64,000 bases of DNA from Epithemia pelagica (Eukaryota > Protista > Bacillariophyta). This document shows positions 11,384 to 21,667 of this stretch, piece by piece; the first letter of the stretch is position 1; each line of letters starts with the position of its first letter. Below the pieces are notes generated by a model. It had not been told where the DNA came from and did not search any database. It saw only the letters and a program-made list of their open reading frames with translations. Location of the stretch: assembly GCA_946965045.2 (NCBI GenBank), contig OX337230.1, positions 124,001-188,000 of the forward strand, read 5' to 3'. A program made the position numbers and the translations under genes.

Positions 11384-11854
11384 ATATACGGTTCATTCAC
11401 TTGTGGTGAACACACAAACGACGAATGGGTCGGAGCGCGAGGTATCGCGTGTCTGTCGTCCGTACGCTGCCACAGTGAGCTGACCATCCGATCGCACATA
11501 AACTACATGACAAGCCTCGTGAGATTAGTTATACCCTGTGGCTTGGTGTTTGCATCTCCGACTTGGCCTGTGAGGACATTGTGGTCGGTCAAATGGGTCG
11601 TTTCTGAGGTCTACCCCGGTAGTAAGATGGCGGTGAGATATCTTGCAATGACGCCGTAACTACGAGATCATTGATGGGCCTCTCTTGTGCTTTCTGCTGC
11701 TGATGCTTCAGCTGCGTGGTGGAGTGTCGCACCGCACGCCGCACTGTTCAAACCCAAGTTTCAAAAGAACCCCGTCGATCGCTGTGGACAAGTCCTCGGG
11801 ATCAGAAGCTGCTCTTCACGTAGAAGCTCATCAATCTTCTGTTCGTGAGCACAT

Positions 11855-13295
11855 TTATGGACGTACATGAGCGTTACATTCGTCATTGGCTTTCTTGTTC
11901 CTTGCCTTGATACTGGTAAAAGCCATCAGCTTTTGGAATGCAGAGCCGAGTTCAGAGAGACTTGAGGCGGTGTCCGTGGATGCACAGCTTCCCATACCTC
12001 GAAACATCACGGGGGTCCCTTGCATGACGAGATTCTTCTTGAGCAAACTTTCAAGCTCGGAGTCTTTCCACCAAGCATCCTTCCTGGTGAGAGAAAGCTC
12101 ACAAACTCCTTGAGTACGGGTTCTCGTAGTTTGTCTGCCTCCATGTTGGGGACGGTCTTGGCAATTGATTCCAGCGCTCGAATCTGCTGGATCAAACATT
12201 TCAAATTCATTCGTTTCGTGGTATTTCAAATTCGTCGGGCAAAACGCGACTTGACAGCACAAGATGCTTGTGATTTTGCAAGCCTTTCAAGACCCTCGTA
12301 AATTCCTCTTGCAGCATCTTGCTTGGAGTACGCCTCGGACTTCTTTTGTCGATGTGCCCATGAATAGAATTCATCGTCCGAGTCTTGCCAGTAATTGGAG
12401 TCGTACGACGCGCAAGACATTCTCCTGTCGAACGTACGGACAACCGTTTGTATCAGGGAATCGATTGGAGACTTGTTGTCCTCCAAAGATTTCCGGATTG
12501 ATCAAACGCCTCGATCAAGTTCAAGAGGCCAATGCAATGGAACCTGATCCTGGAGCAGCCGTCCGGAACAAGCGTATTCGCTGCTTGGTCATTGGTGAAC
12601 AAGGCGAACCCAAAAGCCTTGTAGGGCTTTATGATGGCGTTAATACATCACTATCTGTTCACCAAAGTGGAATTTTTGCTCTTTGACAGGTTTGAAATGC
12701 ATTTGATTCCCAATGGCGAAAAGCAAGCAAGGCGGCAAGTGGTCCCACAGAGGGTGGTTCTTCGGATGGAGGCTTTTGGCGATATACCTCGTGGCTCGAA
12801 GCTCACAACGCCAACACTGTTGCGATTGAGGATTCGGATGCACTCAATGCCGCCAAAACGAGGTTGTGATCAAGAAACTATTGCCGAAAACTCCAAGTCG
12901 TTGGAAGAGAGATCATGAGTCGAATGATCCAACAGAATTTAGACAATAGCTGAGGAGGAAGACGGGTCCCTTGTGTTGAAAGTGCCATACAAGATCCTTC
13001 TCATGGGGACGAACGTGAGTTTGAAAACGAAGAAGCAGAGAATTTGGACAGAGATGAGGACGGAAGACATTCTCCTGCTGAAAGTACGGACAACATTTTG
13101 TATCAGGGAATTGATGGGAGACTTCTTGTCCTTAAAAGATTTCCTGATTGATAAAACACCTCGATCAAGGTCAAGAGGTCAATGTAATGGAACCTGATCC
13201 CAAAGTGGAACGTCAGATCAGCCCCTTTCGTGACGGCTGGGAGAGATTCTTGAAGCTCTTGAATGTGATGTGTCTTTCCGGTCGATAATGTTTCC
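11855..13295 (-). pseudogene. Degraded gene fragments containing an internal direct duplication (about 12448-12550 vs 13098-13200)
   Basis: Both copies encode DQVPLH.PL(E/D)LDRGV.SIRKS.(E/K)D.KSPI.SLIQ.VVRTF.RRMS with in-frame stops. Confidence 0.45.
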
Positions 13296-14404
13296 TGTTG
13301 CACATTGGACTGCGTCACACTCAGGATTTCGCCGGCAAAATTGGCAAACTAAAGAAAATAGAATAACACTGGTTCACCAACAGTCACGAGAGCAACAGCA
13401 AAAATCACAAAAAGAGAGAGAGGAACCGAAGCCACACAATGGTTGAGGAGTGTGCACTCTTACGCGCGAGAGTCAAGTGGCAACAAAAGGAGAATCACAA
13501 ACAGAAATGGTACACTCGACAACAAACTCATCATCCACAACAACAACAACCACACGATTAGCTTACCTGCGATGCAAACCGTATCGTCGTCCTCCTTGTG
13601 CCAGGAACATCCCTGCTGGAACCAGTTTGGTTCGTCCTTTGCGGTTCATCGTACTACCAAAGCTGATGTTCGGTTCTACACAAGACGCATCCCAAACAAC
13701 AACAAGCCATACTACGGCTTGTCCATCGTCATCCGGAGGAATCTTCGTCCAATGGTTCCGAATCCAATCTCTCAGCTCAAATCACCAGCGGCAACAACAT
13801 TGAGGACAGTCTGTGGAGCGACGACGACGACCATGCGCCAAACTGCTGCTGCAAGAAAAACCACAGTCTCGCAGTCCAGAAGAAAGAGAAGACCCAACAA
13901 CCACGGACGACCCAACGGCGATGATGATGGTTACATAGGAGTTCCACTCTTCTTCCTCCTCCTTGTGCCAATCCCAACATGAGTAGAGGTGCCAAAAACG
14001 GCAACGGTCCTTGTCCGTCCTGGAACAACCAGCACCAGGAGTGAACCTACATCCACTCCAATGACAAGCAAACCGTCAAAGAACAACAAACGGAAAACAA
14101 GACCACGATCACCGTCAAGACGGAAAAGAGCGTCATGCGGGAACCCGCCACGGCCACTTGGAGGAATTCCAAGAATGATTGGACGACCTTGAATTCTTGG
14201 CGTGGTGTGCGATTTGCTACCATGCGGCCCGAACCGTCGCACCAGTCCAAAACGACGGCGTGGTGGTTCTTGTTGTTGTTTGGAGAGTGTTTGTCAAACC
14301 AAGAAGAATGCAAAGACTCGTTGGTGGCTTGTTCCAAAGGTGATGGTACTTGTGGTTGTGGTTGTTGGAATGGTTCGAATGGTTATTGCTGCCGACCGTT
14401 CTTG
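13296..14404 (-). pseudogene. Inverted, truncated paralog of the 5' part of the cyclase gene at 17454-20898
   Basis: The reverse complement of 13296-13351 matches 18131-18186 at 53/56 nt by manual count. ORF 14047-14337 (EQATNESLHSSWF...AVAGSRMTLFSVLTVIVVLFS) parallels the cyclase exon 1, and the intron 1 donor context (TCGCAG/GT) is retained. Confidence 0.75.
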
Positions 14405-14653
14405 CATCAATTGCGCCGGGCATCCCTCTGGTAGACGATCAGCGCATTGCGAGCGAGCCGTTTTGGTATCGGGCAATGATCACCCATCGTCTTATCTTAC
14501 TTAAAATAGCTACCTAAGCGACCATGCAGTCCCTATTCAATACCGCCTTGGCGCATTCAATTGTTGTTGTTGTTGTTATTGTTTTATGAATATATTCGAA
14601 ACTAATACTACTGTAACTCGGTCGCCATTTGTGTCGGTTCTTGTGTCTCATTC

Positions 14654-16906
14654 TTAACGAATCGCCACGAGACTATTCTTTTTCATCCAGGCACCGACAA
14701 TGGACAATGTGGAATCCTGGACCCGTCCATGTCCATCCAAGAATAGCTCATCGACTTGGGCCAATCCCCACAGGTGCACCGTGTGCAATTGTCGACCGCA
14801 GTGATCGACCAAGTATCCCAATCCTTGATTGGTCACGTGCGTACAAAAACTGACATTTAATTCTTGCAACGTCTCGCGACAAGCACTAGTAGCAGTAGTA
14901 GCAGCAGCATTGTCACCACTGGCTCCACCATCCACCAAGGCTTCCAAGGCGGCATCCGTCAAGGCACAGGATCCAGCCACATTGAAATACACCAACCCGG
15001 GACCCGGCACGGTAGCCGCACCAAACGTGTTGCTGGTCTTGGAGGAATCGTTCTGGTCATACAAGTAATACTGGTAGGAATATCGCGAGTGCCTGGATCC
15101 ACCAACACTTGTACTACTACTGGTGCTGCTGCTGCTCCTCGACGAGCAAGATGCTTGGACCACCAGTTGCACGACGGAATCGGTCACGGCTTGCGAATCG
15201 CCGTGACTGAGATCCAAGACTTGCAGACTGGGGGGTGGAGGACAATCCTCCGAATCCGACGACTGAAGGGGCGTAAAGAGGGCTTGCAATCCCACGCTGG
15301 TCAATTCGGGCAAGTGGGATAGATTTAATTCCCGCAGGTGCGGTGCACACGTGCCTCGAATCGCTGCCAAGGTGGCATCGGTCAAGTAGGGATTGTCCCC
15401 GACATCCAAGGCTGTCAATTGGTGGGACGTGCACGACGACAACAAACCTTGGACCATTTCATCCGTCAATCCCGTCATGCGACGCAATTTCAAACATTCC
15501 AAGCCCCTTCCAAAGAAGCCGCTACTGCTGTTATTGCTGGAGGATGCCATGGATTCCAAAGTGTTCCACGCTTCGGGGGACAAGGTTAAATCTTCCAAGG
15601 CCAATTCTCGCAACTGCAATGTCGGACTGGAAGTCAAGGCTTGACAGGTGGCTGTGCCAATCAAGGGACAGGCTTGGAATTCCAACGACCGCAAAGTGGG
15701 AGCCAAACACTTGACCAAGTCGGCGGCATGGGCATCCGTCAAGACATAGGCACCACCAATCGACAAGCGTTGCAAGCCATTAGCCCTTGGTGGGTGGTAG
15801 TTGGTATTTGTATTTGTATTTGTATTCGTCTTGTTGTTGTCCTGGTCCTTGTGCAATTTGGCGTGACAGTCCATCAAGGTTTGGACGGTCTGTGCGCCAA
15901 AACACCGTCCCGCTTGGGAGAGTTGCAAGTGTTGGAGGCCGGCGGGGACGAGCGATTGCAAACACGTCGTCAAGCCGGCCGTGGTAATGCCCGAGGCATC
16001 GACCAATTCCAACCGGGTCAGGCCGGGTTCCGTCAGGGCTGCCAGCGCCGAATCGTTCAAGGCATGACGGGCCACCAATTCGTGCGCCAAGCGTTGTCGA
16101 ATACTGGCATCGATCCAATTTTCGCCGCCAATCGATTCCACCTGATCAAAATGGTCCACCAAGAATTGAATGCACAAGTCGTACAGAGAGGGAATACGTG
16201 TTTTGGCACTGCCAGAAGTGGGCATGAAGGTGACGCGACGTTGCCGTACGGCATAGAGGGAAGGGGCCTTTTTGGGTTTTTTCTGGTTCTTGTCGTTGTC
16301 GTCATCTTGTTCCGTACTCTCCTGGTCTTGCAACAACACTTTGCTTTTCCAGGAAATGGAAGGATGTTGTTTGCGTTTGCGTGCTTGTTCCAATTCCTGC
16401 ATGACTTGATCCAAGGGATGTTCGTCTTGGTGTTCTTGTTGTTCTGCATGTTGTTGTTGTTGTTGTTCTCGTTCTTGCATCATTTGTCGTGCCACGGCAA
16501 AAGGTCCACACCAGGCCGACGATGGCGATGTTGTTGTGGAATTGTGTGGCGGCGCCACCATGCCAGAGGGGGTCGATGTGACGGCTGCCTTGTGTCGACT
16601 GGCATGAGCCAATCGAGGACGGGGACGGACTTCGGGACGGGCCAAACGAGCTGCTTCCCGTTCGGCAATGGCCCGTTGCCGTTCTCGAACCCGAGACGAT
16701 ACGGCTTGTGCTGGTGCACGTTCTTGTGCTGGTTCTTGATCCTCCTGCGGTTCATTATTCGAGTCGTCGTTGTTGTTGTCGTTGGGATTGTTTTCGTCGT
16801 TGCGGTCCTCCTCGTGCTCGTCGTCATTGCGTCGTGCACGTTGGTGGTGATTTGCTCGGCCACCACGACGGCTCCTTGCTCGACTCGCTTGCATGACCTT
16901 GGCCAT
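14654..16906 (-). CDS. RAD7: RAD7-like leucine-rich repeat (RNI-like) nucleotide excision repair protein
   Basis: IPSLYDLCIQFLVDHFDQVESIG...RLAHELVARHALNDSALAAL followed by LxxLxL repeats matches the RAD7/Rhp7 layout. Likely start is MAKV at 16906. Confidence 0.7.
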   Translation of the reverse strand: MAKVMQASRARSRRGGRANHHQRARRNDDEHEEDRNDENNPNDNNNDDSNNEPQEDQEPAQERAPAQAVSSRVRERQRAIAEREAARLARPEVRPRPRLAHASRHKAAVTSTPSGMVAPPHNSTTTSPSSAWCGPFAVARQMMQEREQQQQQHAEQQEHQDEHPLDQVMQELEQARKRKQHPSISWKSKVLLQDQESTEQDDDNDKNQKKPKKAPSLYAVRQRRVTFMPTSGSAKTRIPSLYDLCIQFLVDHFDQVESIGGENWIDASIRQRLAHELVARHALNDSALAALTEPGLTRLELVDASGITTAGLTTCLQSLVPAGLQHLQLSQAGRCFGAQTVQTLMDCHAKLHKDQDNNKTNTNTNTNTNYHPPRANGLQRLSIGGAYVLTDAHAADLVKCLAPTLRSLEFQACPLIGTATCQALTSSPTLQLRELALEDLTLSPEAWNTLESMASSSNNSSSGFFGRGLECLKLRRMTGLTDEMVQGLLSSCTSHQLTALDVGDNPYLTDATLAAIRGTCAPHLRELNLSHLPELTSVGLQALFTPLQSSDSEDCPPPPSLQVLDLSHGDSQAVTDSVVQLVVQASCSSRSSSSTSSSTSVGGSRHSRYSYQYYLYDQNDSSKTSNTFGAATVPGPGLVYFNVAGSCALTDAALEALVDGGASGDNAAATTATSACRETLQELNVSFCTHVTNQGLGYLVDHCGRQLHTVHLWGLAQVDELFLDGHGRVQDSTLSIVGAWMKKNSLVAIR

Positions 16907-17453
16907 GATGATGCGGATGCTGCTATTCGTAACGATGGACACTTCTCTTCGTCGTGGACCTCGTCGAAAGAATGCATGCCAACACACAAACAATGAGGAA
17001 GTCTGGCCGTCTGTCGTCTAACATACAAAAGCGACCTTTACGCGCCCACTCAGTCTCCAAGTTCTGGAAGCAGAAACCGTTGCGCAAATAATTCTGTTCT
17101 TCATAGATGCAGTGACTCTGTCATTATCAACATCAACATCATCATCTTCCTCATCATCCTCATCATCATCCTCATCCAAAGGCACAAAGCAAACAGCGGA
17201 GTGGGCTATTCGTAATATTCGTAGTAGTCCTCTTGCTGGCACAGCGAACCAAAACCACAGGAGGAGGAGAGAGAGAGCAAACACAAAAACCAACCACCCA
17301 ACTACGAATAGAGAGAGTACGGCCGCAGAGGGTTCGTCCAGAGAGAGAGATGGACGACACTAGAATGGACCACAACCACAACAAGAAACACTCGAAACAG
17401 GAGTCCTAAGAATCGAGGCGAGAGCATCCACAAGAAAGCAACGAACTAGTAGA

Positions 17454-20400
17454 ATGGAGACCCATTCTCCGCACGAGACTACGAGTAATAATACGGCTCG
17501 CCCGGAACAGGAAGGACCCATCACGACGACACCACAACAAGGCATGAGTCGCAGACATTCCTCCTCCTCCTCCCAGAAGAATGGTCGGCGACAAACACCA
17601 CCTTTGGAACAAGCCACCAAAGAAACGTTGCATTCTTCTTGGTTTCCCCATTCCAAACAACAACCACACCGTCGTTCTGCTGGATTGGTGCGGCGGTTCC
17701 GGCAGAATTCTGTGGCTGGTGGGAGCCAATCGCACTCCAAGTCCCAAACTTCAAGTGTGTCCACGACGTTTACCAAGAGGCGGCGATCGATCGTCGATCA
17801 ACAACAAGAACGAGCCGTGGCGGGTTCCCGTATCACGCTCTTTTCCGTCTTGGCCGTGATTGTGGTCTTGTTCTCCATTACGATGCATCGTCTCATTTCC
17901 CACAATGAACAAGAAAACTTTGAATCGCAGGTACGCCAATCTTGTGGTGGTGGTGGCTGTTGTGGAGTATACCATTTCCTTTTTCAGGACTTTCCTTTCG
18001 TTTGCACTTGGTTCTCGCGCGAGTGCACACGCCTCAACCATTGTGTGGTTTTGTGTCCTCTCTCTTTTTGTGATTGCTGCTGCTGTCTCTCTCGGTCTGT
18101 CTCCAAATATGTGTCTCTCTTGGTGAACCTATAGTTTGCCGATTTTGCCGGCGAAATCCTGAGTGTGACACAGTCCAATGTACAACATACCTTGTCGGCG
18201 ATTGAAGCCTTTGCCGCCTCGATCAGTTCGTTGGCCGAGGCGACAAATCGGACCTGGCCCTTTGTCACGATTGATGACTTTTCGCCCCGCGCCCAACGGG
18301 TCGCCCGGCTGAGCAAGGCCAATTGGGTCTTTTACATGCCCCTCGTCCACGAACCTGAACGGGAGGACTGGAATCAGTACGTCCAACGCGAACGAGGGGC
18401 CATTTATCAACAAGCCATTCGCACCGAACAAATCGAAGACGGTGGTGTCGCTCTGACACCCCGAGATTTGGAACGGACCTTGAAACAAGCGCACGATATT
18501 TGGTATTGGAACTTTACGGAACACACCTTTCCAGTCCAATACCGGCCGGGACCCTGGTTGCCCATTTTTCAATCCTATCCCACCTTTTTGGTCGGCAGTC
18601 ATGTCTGGACCAATTACAATGCCCGCAAAGGTCCTCGCATCAACAATACCTTTGTACTAGCGCATGCCACGAAATTGCCCATTTTGGAAGTCCTGGTCAA
18701 TATCAATCCCGACGACAATACGACCGTCACCTTTGAAAGTACCTTGATGCATCCCATTTTTCGCAAAGTGCCCGAACTCGATCGTCGTCGTCCCACTACG
18801 ACCAGTCAAGAGGAACACCAACAGGACGACGACAACGACGACGATCGGAGTGGCGGTGAAGTGGTGGGATATTTGCACATGGCCATTGATTGGGTCCAAT
18901 ACCTTTCCAATTTGGTACTGGCCCATGCCAAGGGCATTGTGGCCGTTTTGAAAAGTCGCTGCGGAGGTCATGGCTATGACGGTGTCACGGTTTCCTACCA
19001 AATTCAAGGCTTGCACGCCGTCCCCCTCGGATTGGGCGATCACCATGATCCCCGCTACGACCACATGGTCGTGTCGGCACCCTTTGTCCAGCTGCAATCA
19101 CCACAAGAACCACAAAGTCCTGCGACCACGAATACTACTACCGCAACACTACTACCGCCCACTGTGGATATCACGTGTCTTCCGCAATTGGATTTGTATT
19201 TGTATCCATCCCGGGAATTGCAAGACTCGTTTTCGACCAATCAAGCACTGGTGTATACATTGGTGGTGGTGTCCCTCTTTGGTGCGACGGCCTTGGTCTT
19301 GGCCCTGTACGATGCCACGGTCCGACGTCGACAAGGGACTATCCGGACCCGCCTCCAACAGCAAGAACGCATCGTTTCCAATCTGTTTCCCACGGAATTG
19401 CGTCGGTGTGTTCTACCCCGTCGTCGTCGACGGCAGCGACAAGAACAACCACCACCAAATTCGTCAGATACCAGCACCCTGGACCACCACAGTCGATTGG
19501 GGGAAGCAGCACACAATCCAATCAACGACGACGCGAACCACGATGTCGAAGAGTTCCATTCGGTGCGGTCGGAATCACCACACTGGGACGACGACGATGA
19601 TGATGAGGAAGAATACCTGGAGGACTGTCTGCGGTTGAATCCCCCACTACACAAACGACTTGTCCACAACGAGGAGGATGGTCCACCACACTCTAATTAC
19701 AAGGCGTTGGCCAATCGCTTTTTTCAAACTACAGTGATTCATGCGGTACGTGCGTTCGGTTCGACATCCAGAAAGAAAGGAGTGTGTCTCCTCTAACCAA
19801 TGTATTGTATTCTCTGTATATGTTGTTGTTCTTGTTTTGTCGTCGAATCCTATAACAGGAGATTGTGGGCTTTGCCGAGTGGTCCAAAAGTCGTGAACCC
19901 GAACAGTGCTTTTATTTATGAGAACAGCTGTATGCAACCTTTGACCAGTTGGCGTACCAGCACAATGTCGTCAAGGTGGAAGTTGTTGGAAATTGTTACG
20001 TGGCCGTAGCCGGTCTCGTGGACAACAACAACAACGACGACAGTAACAGTGACACGAAGGACAAGGATCCACCCGTCGTGGCAGCCGCACGGTTTTCCTT
20101 GGCATGTGTTGAGTCCATGGCCCAGCAACTTGGCGATCCAGACTTGTGGTTGTTGAAAGACCTCGATGATGGACCATCCTCGTCATCACTGGACTCTAAA
20201 GACTCCTCGACAAATACCATGCAGTCCGATACTACAGCTGCTGTTGCTGTTTCGACTCCTGCCATGCCAACGTCCCAATTACAATGGCGGGTGGGCTTGC
20301 ATTCGGGACCCGTCACGGCTGGCATTCTTCGGGGAGAACGATCGCGGTTTCAACTCTTGGGGGACACGGGTACGCTTCCAAAGCAAGGCATCTATATATC

Positions 20401-20898
20401 TGGTGTATGGGACATTCTTTGGTCTCACAGGTTGTGCGCGTTTGTTGTTTCTCTATGTGTTTGGTTTGCACAGTGAATACGGCGGCTTGGATGAAGAGGT
20501 ACGAACAAAAACCACACACCGCTCGGCTGCTTCCTCTTGTTGGCTTGCGGCAGCAGCAACAGCAACATATGTACCAGTATACTTACCATCTGACACGTGT
20601 TGCGGTTCTTTTGTTTTATTCTGTCGCGGTTTCTTCTTCTTATAGCACCTGTGAACCGGGTCGTGTTCAAGTTTCCAAGGCGACCATGGACAAACTCACT
20701 GCCGTTGGATATGGGACTTGGGGACTCGCACGACGACAACGACGAGACGAAGCAGTAATAGACGGAAGAGGCTTGGAGGAGGATGCCATGAAATCCTTTT
20801 GGTTGGTGGCTCCTTGCGAGGAAGCAAATCGTTCTCGAGCGAGCGAGGGGCATGACAACAACAACGACAACAACGACAACAAGTTGGTGAGCCCGTGA
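17454..20898 (+). CDS. Receptor-type class III adenylate/guanylate cyclase-like gene, catalytically degenerate, with premature TGA at 19919-19921 (possible pseudogene). Exons 17454-17930, 18135-19745, 19859-20369, 20474-20498, 20646-20898
   Basis: Two TM segments flank an extracellular domain. Cyclase motifs KVEVVGNCYVAVAGL, RVGLHSGPVTAGIL, FQLLGDT/VNTAAW and GRVQVS are present. All four GT-AG introns keep the frame when joined. Confidence 0.8.
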
Positions 20899-21667
20899 AA
20901 CACAAAAGTCCTTCACCATGAGGATGCAACTGCCACAAATCTTGTTGCCTCGGAAACCAATCTTGTGTCATTTTGTGTGTGACATGTGAATGTCCCGCCG
21001 CCCGCGAAAGCTTGGATGGTTCCCATTCGGGGTGCACCATGGAGGCTCTATCTACGACTCATAAGACGTATGACTGACTCGAGGATTGCAGCATATACTA
21101 CTCCTGGTATGCGCAATCCTGAAACGAAAACGACCATACTTCTTGTGTGGAACCGACCGACACAAACCACGAGCCTTTTGCCCAGAACCATGAGACAACG
21201 CGCACGCAAGAGTCTGTGACTGTATTGGAAACATTTATGTTTTTGGTTTGGTTTGGCCTGAATGGCAGCGACACTAATACGAGTCCGCATCCGTTCCATT
21301 GGTTCGATCCACAGTTCCTTTGGGATTCTTTCCTTTTGGTTCTTGCTGGTGTGGTTCCAAGAAGACACTCTCTTCTCGTTCTCGATCGATCTATTATCTC
21401 TATAGTATTCGAGAAACTCGTGTCCATGCTTCACGATGCAGGCTCTATACATAGAACGAGACGAGAGAGTGCTATTGAGAGAGGCATCCATTCAATACAT
21501 AGTATAGAGTGAATACCAACGCGGCTAACTCTCGCTCGGTGGATATAGTTGCTCGTCGTTCATGAGTTTGGCTGGGAAGTACTCTCTCTACGAGTAGCAT
21601 GTTCCTCGTACTCTACTATTACACTCTACAGTACAGAGCGCCGACACTGCCACCTGCCACAACATAA

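Noticed and set aside
12226-12686. Dynamin GED-like reading of DQVPLH
   Set aside because: The similarity is a few residues only and no GTPase motifs are nearby.
15800-15830. Microsatellite-like tracts (GTATTT, CAA, CAT, GTT runs) across the window
   Set aside because: Mostly encode low-complexity N/Q/T/D linkers or sit in UTRs; ordinary for this kind of genome.
15641-16996. 451-aa plus-strand ORF
   Set aside because: Antisense shadow of the RAD7-like gene. The same applies to many overlapping ORFs opposite the IQ protein, cyclase, RPB7 and TE polyproteins.
13296-18186. DNA transposon with long terminal inverted repeats carrying RAD7
   Set aside because: The arms are cyclase exon and intron sequence; no transposase or TSD found.
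19919-19921. Genome-wide reassignment of UGA to an amino acid, prompted by three in-frame UGAs
   Set aside because: Ordinary genes here end in TGA (kelch at 3572 and 6611, cyclase at 20898), and long ORFs contain no other internal TGA.
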